The translations under genes were made by a program, and so were the position numbers. From an uncultured Eubacteriales bacterium (lineage in GTDB: Bacteria > Bacillota > Clostridia > Christensenellales > CAG-917): 64,000 nt of DNA. Under the pieces are notes generated by a model. That model searched no databases and was not told the DNA's origin. It saw only the letters and a list, made by a program, of their open reading frames with translations. This document shows, piece after piece, positions 28,901 to 40,900 of this stretch. Where the stretch lies: NCBI GenBank assembly GCA_900549225.1, contig URNP01000004.1, positions 3,931-67,930 on the forward strand. Direction: 5' to 3'. Each line of letters opens with the position of its first letter. Positions within the stretch are counted from its first letter, which is position 1.

Positions 28901-31900
28901 GGTGGGCAAATTGCTACGGCTGAGAACGTAATACTCAACCTCTTCACCGCTTGCGTTCTTGACTTTGATCGTCTTGTAAACGGTGTTGCCATTTGCGTCT
29001 TGTTCGGTCACAAGGCCTGCTACGTAAGCGGGCATCAAAACGTACTTATTGCCGTCCTTGTTGACGTTTGCCGCTGCGCCCTTGTCAATCTCTTCTTGCG
29101 TGGGTTGCACGAGGATTTGATATCCGTTTTCGGACGGTGCGCCGCTTATCGGATTGATAACCGCGTACGCCATATTTCCGAGGCTATCTTGCAGATATGT
29201 TCCAAACGTTGCCTTGCCTGTCGAGAATGAAATTTGAACAAGATCAGGCAACTCTGCCATAAACTTGCTGCTTTGAGTATCGATATCGATATTCAAATTC
29301 TTGGTGCCGTAAGTTCCGTCTCCGTTTCTATACAAGCCTTTGACGGATTGCACTTCCTTGTCGTTGGTGACGTAAACCGGAATTGCATAGAGCACCGTAT
29401 TGAGTGCGTAGCCGTAGACATAGCCCGCAAGACGTCTGCCGTCTTCGTCCGCCGTTTCGGAATTTGCCGCAGTCAAATCGACCGACGCGCCGTCCCAAAC
29501 GATATATGTACCGGTTGCATCTTGATATTGGCTTCCGGAGTTGTAAGACGTCATCTGTTTTCCGTCAATGATTATCGGGAATGTCACGGTTGCCTTTTGC
29601 GGGAAGAGCGTTTCATCGAGGAAGAAGCTATCTCTGAGCTCAAAGTCTTTTCTTGCACCGCCGGATATAGCGTAGCCTTTTCTTGTTGCAGGATCTTCAA
29701 TGACAATTTCCGTCGGAGGTTCAACGCCGATATTGCCTGCGGATTCGGATTCGTCAAAATACAGCAATCCCGTCTTATAATCGGCGTGATTTATGCTATA
29801 CGGCGTAATGCGAAGCATAAAGAAGTCCCATGCATCCTTGACGTTGCTAGTCTGCTTGGTCGGACGTGTTGCGAAGTTAAAGTCGCCGGTTCCGCTTCCG
29901 ACTTTTTCGTTGTACAACATTTCGGTGCCAATGCCGTTCTTCTTGCCGTTGACCATAATTTCGATAGCCTGAATGCCGGGAGCAACGGTTTCACCGCTAT
30001 TGCAACCATAATCAGATGCTGTCGGATTGATGTCAATGTAGATATTGATTGACGGATTGATCGTACCGCTTGCAAACGGAAGGGGAAGAATGCCGCCGAT
30101 AAGTTTGGTTAAATTCTCCAAAGTATCACCGGCAAGTCTTTGGATAGCACCCCAAATACCATCCATATTGATTGCCGGACCGACAATACATTCCATTGCC
30201 CATTTGAGCAATGCAAACGGTATACTTCTCATATAAGGTTCTACGTAGTCAACCTTTTCTTGTGTGGTTGCGTTCTTTGCCAGTAACGTGTCTAATCCGT
30301 CGAAGAAATCAGTGATCGGCTTTGTAGTAGTGCCATAAGGTTTATCCGATGGAGAAATGTCTGTCGCAGAACCGATATCTTTAACATTGACGAAATACAC
30401 ATTGCTTCCGCTGGATTTGCTATCGGCATTATTGTCTCCGTTGCGCATGAGATTCATAAGGATGCAGCTCACCATAATGATGAGTTCGTTATATGCATCT
30501 TTGTTGAGCTCAACCTTGAGAGAAATCTTTCCTGCACCGTTGGACGCTTTTTTTGCACCTGCAAAGTACGGCCAATATCCGTTGTTGTTGAAGAGATTTA
30601 CGTCAACGCTCTTGATGAGATTTTCAAGATTTGCCGGATATGAATACGATTCCTTCTTCACTGGATCGTTCCAACCACTGCTTGCTTGCGTTGAAGTATC
30701 AGCAGCAGTCTTTGCAGACGGATATTCATATGTTGCATCGTCGCCGTCAGTACCGCTTACGAGTTTAAGCGGGAATGCATCTGCCAGCAGTGTTCCAAGA
30801 TCAAGGCATTTCAAATATGCGCCGATTGCTGGGATGCCCGAAACCAAATCGACAGTATTACCGCCAACTTTTATGTCAGACAAGAATACGTTGTTGCCAC
30901 CGAAAATAACGTTCAATCCTACCGTATCTTTTACTGAAGCACGATTTAACCCAAGTCCAAGCAAAAGTTTGTAGCTCTTGGCAGAAGGATTGCTTGCGTC
31001 TTCAACCAAGTTCGTCGCAGTATAATCTTTCTTACCAGACAAAGTTATAGTTGAATGTTCATAACCCGAATAAATCCTTGGAACACCTACAAAACCTAAC
31101 GATACCCAGCCGGTATAAGCGCTCCAAACGGTATTTTGAATTTCGAGATTAAGACCAGGCTTGAGGTTGTCGATGACGTTTTGAACAAGGGACATCAAGC
31201 CGGACGTCTTGGAGAACGTCAAGCCTGCATAACCAGTCTTCACCGATTCAATGAGTTTTTCGCTGTCAACCTTGCTTTGGCCAAAGCCGAGAGCGAAGTT
31301 CTTGATCGCAACGTTTGCGCCCGTGCCTACGCTGTCGAGTTGTGCGTTGAGGTTGATGGATTCCAAACCGCCTGCGCCGAGGTTGACGTCAAGTTTGACG
31401 GACTTGATGGGCGGAAGCGTTATATCGCCGAGATCGAGGCCGAGCATATCGATAAGCGTTGAGATGAACGCATTGTCGAAAGACATACCGAGACGGCCGT
31501 TTTCGATGTCGATTTGCAAATAGAGAGCCGAACCGCTTGCCGCGGCTTTTGCCTCTGCACTTGCGTCTGCATCGGACGTGGACGCGTCTACGCTTGCGAC
31601 TGCGTCTGAAGCGGTGCTTGCGCCGTAACTAGGAGTTGCGCCGAGCAAACCTGCGATGCCTTGGAACTTGATCTTGCCAAGACCCAAACCGCTTGCATCG
31701 ATATAAAGTGCGTCGGAATAGATCTCATCCTTCGTATAGGAGTCGTAACTACCCGTGGTGAGTTCCCAACCCGAACCACTCGTCTTCTTCATAAGTCTTG
31801 AAGAGCCGAGGTAGTATACGCTGAGGATCGTGGAGTTGATCGGGTCGCCTGCCTTGATATCGACTGCGATGTCGCTGAACAGGATACCGCCGATGCCGTA

Positions 31901-34900
31901 TGCAAGGATAGGTGCGATATTGATATTTGCCGCAATATCGATGGTGAGGTTGATAGCCTCGCTTGCCATGGTGATATTGACGTCTGCAAGAGTGTACTTG
32001 TAGTAAGTCGTTGAGGAATCATAAGACGTGCCCGTGAACACTTCGTATGCGCCTTCCGAATTCTTGACGTACACTTTGCCGTCATGCACTTTGCCATCAC
32101 TATCTTTGAGCGTATTTGCGTCAACGAACGTCAATTCGGAGAACTTGCCGAATATGGCTTGTCCGCCGAGGAGATTTGCGAGCAGATCTTGCACCCAACC
32201 TGCCAACGATTCTCTGTAGCCGTCTTGTCCGGGCTTGAGATTCTTTGACGTCATCGTGAGATCGAGCGTCAAAGTAAGTCCGATTGTGGGCAGATTGAGG
32301 TCGGAAATATTGAACGTTCCCGTGCCGTTGACGAGTGCTTCGAGGTCAAGCGAGAGAATCTTGATATAACTTGACGGATTCACTTCAAAGCGACTCAAAA
32401 TAGATTGAGAAATGTCTTTCGTGATGCTTGCCGCCGGGATATCGAGGCAGAAATACAAGCCGTCGCTCAATCTGATATTAAGGCTGAACTCGGTCTTGCC
32501 ACCCGTTGCGTCCATTCTGAAGAGAATGTCGCCGATATCGGGAAGCAGATCCTTGGTGGAATCGAGACCGCGGATCGCCATAATCTTTCTGTAGATCGCG
32601 TTGATGAGATCCGAGTTGAGTTGGAGCAAGAGTTTTTGCGGCGTGACGTTGATCATGAAGTACGCATAGTCCTTCATCGTGTCTTTGATCGTGTCGATGT
32701 CGCCGCTGTTTGCGGTTTGCGCCTGCATGGATTCTGCTCCGTTCGATTCGTTCAAGAACTTGCCGAGAACACCCTCGAGCAATCCGTCGAGGTTGATATC
32801 TGTCACTGCGACTTTTGCAGTGTTGCCGAGGATTCCGCTGAGGTCAACGTAAATCGCGTTATCGACGAGGTAGATGCCCAAAAGCGTTCTGTCGGCAGTC
32901 GCACCTTTGCTGTGCTTGTTGAGTTCGATGCCGAGATCTACCTTGAATTTTTCAACGTCGATATTTGCAACGAGATCAAGTGTGAGATAAGCACCTGTAT
33001 TGTTGCCGAGTTCGTTGACAATGTTGAGTTTGAGCGTAGAGCCGCTGACCGCGCTGTTGGGATTGATGAGTCCCATCACAAGGTCGAGGATTTCGCTCAA
33101 ATCGATTTCGTTTGCAGAGCCTTCCTTCGGAGCGCTACCGTACAACGAAATGTCAATTGACAATTCGAGATGCGCTTTTGCGTTCTTCAGACCGACGTAC
33201 TTGTCGTACGATACTTGTTTTTCATAACGCGTACCTTTGTCGTCGGCAGTTGCAAGACGATAATTTTCACCGTCTTTGACGTATGCGCCGTTTTCGGACT
33301 CAACGTAGGTTATGTCTGCAAATTTCTCGTCTTTGTCTACGGAGAAGTCTTTGTTGACTCTTGCATAGATCTTGCCAAGAGAAATTGCGATTGCGAAATC
33401 GCCTTGTTTGAGGTATGCGCCCTTCGTTCCCGTTGCGGTGTGTTTGACAAACTCACCGTTTTCGTAATCGTAGGTGTCGCCGCTCCATGCGGGATATGCG
33501 TAAGCAACGAGAGCGTAATCGTCCGTGGAGACGAGAACGTACGTATTGTCATCGTCAGCACCCGTGCCTTGCGTGTATTCGCCGTTTGCATCTTTAACAA
33601 ACGTCTTACCGCTCCAATTGCTGCCATTGAAGTACTTGCCGCTTGCGCCGTACATTGCGTTGAAGTTTGCAACGGTTTCGTAATAGAGCATGCCGACCTT
33701 GAATCCGAGGTTGATATCGATACTAGGCGAGTTGCCGTAGAAGTTGATCGTGATACCGCTCGTATCCTTTGTGTCGGTGGTGCGGAGTTTGGGCAGGAAT
33801 TCTCCGATGCCTTGGAGAATCTCGCTATCGCTGCCTGCAAGCATACCGATGAGGTCTGCAATGAGGGTTTCGTTGAGACCGACGGTGATAAAGTCGTTTG
33901 CGATGAGCAATCTGCCGAGCACGACGTTGAGGATGCTCCAAACGTTTGCGGGAATCAGGCCCGTATTGGCTTCTTCGTCGTCCGCCGCCGTAAACGCTTG
34001 TGCGGACGCGCTCGTTGCGCTCGTGCCGAGAATGCTTGACAAATCAAGACCTTTCACTACTCCGTAAGAGAAGAAGTCGCCCCAGCCGACGATATCGCCG
34101 ATTTGACTTGCGTCAATGTTGAGATAGAGTTTGCCGTCTTTGATTTCGACCCACAACAACGCCTTGGGCTTTTGCTCGCCGTGGAAGTTGGTTTCGTAGG
34201 TCAATTCAAGGTAAATCTTTGCGCCTTCGAGAACTTGGAGAATTCCTACGCTCGTGTCGCCCGAAATCATCTTGACGAGATTTGCGGTTTGGAGATAAGC
34301 CTTGAGGTCGAGATTGAGACCGATGAGGCTTTGGAATTCCGCGTTGTTTTTCAAAGACGTTGCGATGAAGTAGAGATATTCGCAAATGGTCTTGTCGTCG
34401 ATGAACTTTGTGAATTGATACGTCCAGTTGATGACGTCGTCGAGAGTCGTTCTGATGTCGAAATTCAATCCGAGTTCAACAGTGTTGAGCTCTGCAAGGA
34501 CGCTTGCCACGTCAAACGCACCGCCGCCGAGCAAATCGCCGAGGTTGAGCGCAAGTGCTTTGGTGTAGTTGGTGAAGTCGGTGACTTGCTTGTACACTTT
34601 GACGTTTGCGTGTGCTGCCTTAAATGCGTCCGCTTCGTCCATATCGGTGTAACCGTTGCCGTTGGGGTCGATGCGATAATACTTTTGTCCGTTATAAACG
34701 ACTTCCTTGCCTGCGCCCTTTTCGTTTGCGTTTTCACTCGGATAATCGCTTGCAAGGACGTATTGCAAGTTGCCGTCGCCCGTGAAGCCTTGGAGTTCGT
34801 CCTTGTTGACTCTGACGAAGTTGCCGTTGTTGTCAACCGTGTAGAGCGTGCCCGTGAACGATCTGAATTGATTGTTGCTTACGAGTTCTCTGTACTCTCT

Positions 34901-37900
34901 GTACTTTTCACCGAGGTGGTTGTTGCCCGCAATGTCGTTAAGGCGTTCGTAAACGAGCATATAGATGCCGTCAACGTCGGTGTACAAATCGCCTTTATAT
35001 GCGGTTTGTCTTGACGTGAGAACTTCGCTCATAACGGGCGCTGCCTTCATATATCTGTCTTCAGGACCTGCAACCGTGCCGTCTTTGCTTGCATAAATAG
35101 CATATTCGCCGCCAACTTTGGCAGTTGCGGTATACCCGTCATCGGATTTCACAAGCGTATAGCCGCTTGCTTTCTTGTAGAGTTTGCCTTCGTAAGTATC
35201 TTTCTCGCTGTCGGCAAGTTCCTCATACTTATTATCTTTTTTCTTGTAGATTGTGCCTTCGTAAGTATCCTTCTCCGAATCGGAAAGCTCCTCATACGTT
35301 ACACCCTTATAATAATATTCGTTGCCTACCTTGTCTTTGAAGAGTTTGACGTAGTCTTTTGCGTTGTAGTTCTTGCCGTAGTAGTTGCTGTAATCGGTGT
35401 TGCCGTTGTCGCGATAGAAGTTTGCATAGTAGAAGATAGCGTTCGAGCCTTGTTGCATGTTGAGGATATCTTCTTTTCTGCCGAACTCGATGGACGAGGA
35501 CTCACCCGCCACGCCGTTCAGACCTTGAATGTTGAGTCCGAGATTGAGCACGGGGATATCGCCTCTCTCGTTGAAGAGGATTGCGCCGATCGTAATGTCG
35601 TACGGATTGAGATTTTGTTTAAGGTAAACCTTGAGGTTGGGCAACATACTCGTGATGCTCGCGCTGTCTGCAATAAGTTCGTTGAGCAGAACTTTTGCAA
35701 AGCCCGACGTGACGTTGAGCGCGATTGCATTGGTGAATATGTTGATGAACAAGCTTGCCGCATCGGGATCCTGCTTGTCGGGATTCTTGTCAGTGACCGA
35801 GTCGGACGCAACTGCCGCGTCGGCTGCGTTGTTTGAACCGATATTGGCAACGAGTCCCGTGAGCACGTCCTCAAGAGAGTACTCGCTCATATCCACGAAG
35901 AGTTTTGCGTCTTTGCCGAGCAACGCTTCTGCGTCAACGTACAGACCCGCTTTGCCCGTGTCTTGATCGTTGTCGTAGTAGATGCCGAGAATGTGCGGCT
36001 TTGTGCCGTCAAGGAGTTTGCCATCGTATTTGTTGGCGTCTCTGTCTTCGCTCGTGACATAGTTGCCGTCGGCCATCAAATCGTTCTGCTCGCCCCAAAC
36101 GTCGATTGCAACGTCGAGATCGCGGATATCGATGCCGAAGGACGGGAGAATGTAGAGTTTGAAGCCGAGGTTCAAGCGGAGCGAGAAGTAGATGTTGAAG
36201 GTCATATCCTCTGCGATCTGGAACTTGCCCTTCATTGCGCCGAGGATGCTACCCAAAACGTCGCCGAGCGCTTCGTTCACGCCGCTGTACTTCTCGTCGA
36301 GTTCACCGTTGACCAAAACGAACAAGCCGTTGTTTTCGTTGAGTTTTGCCAAATCGTCCTTTTCGGTGACTTTGACGTAGTCGCCTTGGAACTTCTTGTA
36401 GGCAATGCCTTTGTTCTTGATAAACTCAAACGTGGGCTCAACTTTTCTTATGCTCTTGTACACTTCTGCGTAATCCTTATACGGGAGGTAAATCTTTCCT
36501 GCTTGGAGGAACAGACTGCCTCTCAACGCGAGAGAAATGTAGTAGAGATTGTCGGAATCAACGTACTCTTTGTATGCGTAATCTGCATATTCGGTTTTTG
36601 AGAAATCGGGTTTTTCAACCGAACTGTTTTGTTGAACCTTGATGAAGTAATCGGAGTCTTCGACTTTGTCGTCTGCGGAAAGAAGGACTTTCTTTTCGGT
36701 GTTGTACACTTCTTTCTTGTAGATGAACACTCTTTGAATACGGACGTACGCACTCGTTGCGTCAACGTAGTATTCCTTTGCGCTGTCTTTTTCCATCTCG
36801 CCGATGAAGTCGGGCATAGAAGTCCAATCTGCCGCGGCTTTTTGATACTTGCCGTCGCCGTCCTTGACGAACAAAGTGTCGGGATTGATTTCGATATACT
36901 TGTCTTTGTATTCGTAGAAGCGCGGGCCGTCTTTGTACTTGGTCGTGCTGAACTCGTCGTTCTCGTAATAATCGAACTTCCAGTTGCCAATGCCGTCCGT
37001 CACTTTGTCAACGCTGGTGTAAATCACCTCTTCGGTGTTGATATAACGTGCGCCGTCTGCGATATTTTCAAAACTAAGTTTGTTTTTCGCTTCTTCGCCC
37101 GTGACGTATTGGAACTTCGTAACGTTGATTTTAGGTGCGTTGATTGCAACCGACAACTTGTGATTCCACAAATAGAGGTTGACCGAGAGGAATTCGTTGC
37201 GCGCTTGAAGCGGTTGGACGACACTGTATCGGAAGTTGACCGCTACGGGCTCTTCTGCCTTTTCGGACGCATAGTAGTAGAGTTTCGGAACTCTGACCAA
37301 ATAGTCGTTTTGAAGGTCCGCAACCTTTTCGCACTTGTTAAGTTGCGTTTGTGTCGCGTCTGCATAGAGAACATAAACTCCTTCTGCAAGTTTGATGTAA
37401 ACGTTGACTTTCTTTACGTCATAGTAACTTGCTCTGCCATTTTGGACTTGTTCGTCGTATGCTTTGCGCTCGGTTTCTGCCATTTCTGACTTCTGCACGA
37501 ATGCGCCGTCTGCCGCCTTGTAGTAGATACCCTTGTTTTGTGCGCCTTCACCCGTGTACCCGGTGACGTCGTACAAATATTTGGACTTGGTGAGAGTCTT
37601 TTCAAGATTCTTGACAAGTTCTTTCTTTGCCGATTCGGTGGTCGCCTTGCCGTATTCTCTCTTGAATTCGTCCACGATATCTTGTGCGCTCGTGTACGAA
37701 TATCTGGTGTTGTCGGTGTAAAGCGTGACATTGGGTTGATTGACGAACTTACTGTCGTCGAATTGGATCGCGTTCTCGCCCATTACGAGTGAGAGAATGC
37801 TGTTGATATAGTCTGCTTTTGCAAGAACTTTGATATATCTCGACGTGATTTGCAAGCCGTATGCAAACGTTCTGATATATCCGAGTATCTTGTCGTCTTT

Positions 37901-40900
37901 GACAAGCGGGAATGAAATCTTTTCTTTCTCGCCGTCATCGGGGGTATCGTCGCCCGTCGTATCGTCTGCCGTCGCCATTGCGTCGGTTGAATTGGGTTTG
38001 AACAAGCCGCTCACGAGTTTGCGGATTTCGTTTGCGTCGACACGCAGAGACGGAATGTTGAAATAACTCAAGTCAACGAACAAACCGCCGTTTTCGCGTT
38101 TATATCTGCCCTTTTCGTTCTTGTAGCAGTAACTTGAATCGTAGGAATATCTCGTGCCCGAGTATTCGCTCGATCTGATATAGTTGTACTTGCCGCTTTC
38201 GAGAGAGTAACTGCCGTTCTTCGTTTCGAAGTAATGGTCGTATCTCTCGCTCGGGTCAACGTAGTTCTCGTTGTTTTCGTCAAGTTCGCCCTTCGATTCA
38301 TCAAGAAGCGTGAACGTGCCGCCCACCATGTAAATGCCGAGCATATCATGGTAATCGGAATCGTTTCCGCCCTTGGTTTGCAATCTGACGCTGAGGTTGA
38401 CGTAACTTGCAATATCCGCAATGAGATTGACCAATTGTGTCTTGTCGATGTTTTCGATGACTTTCTTGAGCAAATCGATGACGGTGAACAAATCCATATC
38501 GCCGTCAAACTGATCGTCATCGCCTGCATACTTGACGAGTTCGGTACGCATGAAGTTGAGAAGCGCCGCAACTTGAATGTCTGCATCGACCACGAGTTGC
38601 AACGAACGGTCGATATCGCCGCCCTTGTCCGATTGCGCCTTGATGACGAGGAGTTGATCGTCTGTAAGGCTCGGGAAGAAGGCTTGAAGCACTGCGCTCA
38701 AATCGATCTCGTTGTCTTTGCCACTCTTGAATTGCGCCGTAATGTCAATGGTTTCGCTGAGGGTGAATCTGTCAACGTCGTCCATATTGGTGTATTCTGC
38801 AAGTTCGTCGCCGCTGAGGACGTATGTGCGAGAATTGGTGAACGCAACGTCGAGATTCTTGATTGCAAGACTGAGTTTGAGCGTGGTGTCGTACTTGCCG
38901 CCGTCGCTGACGTACGATTTGTTTGCAACTGCGCCTGCAACGTGCTTGTAAACGGCTTCGCCTTCGAGCATCGAAAGTTTCGTCGTATCGTATACTTCAC
39001 TGCCATCGCCTTTGCCGTTGTCAACGACTTTCAACAAGTAGAGTCGATTGGTGCTCTCATCGCAGTTGACGATATATTTGTCATAACGATTGTCAGCAGC
39101 CTTAATTTCACTGCTGTCGTCGGGCTTGATTGCACGCACGAAGTTGCTGCCTGCGCTCTCTTTTACGTAATTGCCCGTTCCCGTTTCAGATTTTCTGAAA
39201 ACGTAGTACTTGCTCGTTCCGTTCTTAACCTTTTCGGCAAGGGTTGCTTCGGTGCTTTCGGTGTAGTCGGAATCTTTGTTGTATCTGTCGCCGTCAAGAC
39301 CGAGCGCAACGTCAACGGAGAGGTTGATGCTGTCGGACGTGTCGAGTTCGACTTGCAAGCCGCCGTTGATTTCTTGATAGAACAAGTCTTTGATGTCGAA
39401 TCCGAGCAATTCTTCGGGGATATACTCGAGAATGGTGTCAAAGAGTTTGTCGCCGAGTTTCAACGTGAGCAAGTCTTTGTTGATGAGCATCGAAAAAGCA
39501 AGTTCTTTGTCGCTGAGGCTGATGTCGCTTCCGTTTGCGTCTGCGGCAACGGACGCCTCGTCGGTGGACGCGTCTTTTGCTCTGTTGCCTGCAACGAAGA
39601 GTTCTTCGTCGTCAAAGTCAATGATGTAATCTTTGAGGATTTCGGCAATATTCAAACCGCCGATTGCGACCTTTTGAATATTGAACGCTTCCTCGAGATT
39701 GAGGTAAATGGTGTTGTTGACGTAGTACGCGCCGAGCCACAAACTCTCGTAACCCGTTTCGGTGACGTTGATGAGTTCGATCTTGAGTTCGGACTTGGTG
39801 AGGTCGTAAATGTCGACCATAAGCGATACGTCAAGTCTGAAGTGCGCGGAAGAATATCCCTTCGTCGTCGAAGGCATTTCGACAACGACGCCCGTGAGGT
39901 CGCCCACGATCTTGCTCAAAATCTTGCCGAAATCGAGCGTGCCTTCGGTGATACCCAGTTCGAGTTCCACGGAGAAGCCCACCGTGATGATGGTGTCGTA
40001 GAACATGTTGGTCGGGATATCGTCATAGGCTTCTTTGTCTGCTTCGGTGAGTTCGTCGGTGTACTCGATATCCTTGCCGTCGACAATTCTCGAATGCGCT
40101 TTTCCGTCGCGGATATATGCGGGGAGCAAGTTGTTGCCCGCGCCTACGCCGAGTTCGATGCCGCCGAGTTTGAGTCCCATATTGACGCAACCGATTGCAA
40201 CGTCAAGTCCGAGATAGAAGTCGCTTATCGAAGAGTAAAGATTGACCGTGCGATACCAATCGCCGTTCACGTCCTTAACGTAACCGAACAAACGAGATCT
40301 CAACTCTTCGATATCTCTTTCTTCGCCGTTATAGCGGACGTAGGTGTCGCCTGCGATATAGGTATCCGTGACGCTTTCCGTGCCGTTTGCGTCCTTTCTG
40401 TACATTCTGTAACTGCGCAAACTGATAGGACCGTCGATTCCTGCGACTTTTGCGTAGTAGTTGGCGTTGGAGTGGATATATTTTCCTTCAACGACTTTGG
40501 TTATAACCGTGTAAGTGCCGTTGAGATAGACGCCGAACGTCTTGCCTTCGGGAAGTTTGCCGTCCGCGTATCTCGTCTTGAGCGCGCCCTCAGTCGGTTT
40601 TACCGTTCCGCTTTCTCCGTCAACGGTGACCTCGCAAACGTCTGTGGTTGCCGCCTGGTAATATTTGCCGCCTGCGACGTAATATGCGTCGGTTTTAACG
40701 ACTTGACTGAGGTCTTCTGTGCCGTAATATTTGTATCTGTGTTGTTTGTACTCGTCGTCAGTCGTAAACTTTTTGTACAAGTCTTGGTCATCGAGATTAT
40801 CGGAGTTTTGGAGGTCTGCAAGGCTCTTGTAAACGGGTTGACCGATATCCACGCCGAGAGAAACGTTGAACACGTCAAACACTTCCTCGAGAGAACCGAG

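Noticed and set aside
28898-28909. The LPTG tetrapeptide (..RSNLPTGKQF.., aa 7094-7097) as a sortase signal.
   Set aside because: It is internal, lacks the X position of LPXTG, and is not followed by a hydrophobic segment and positively charged tail. The true C-terminus has no sorting signal.
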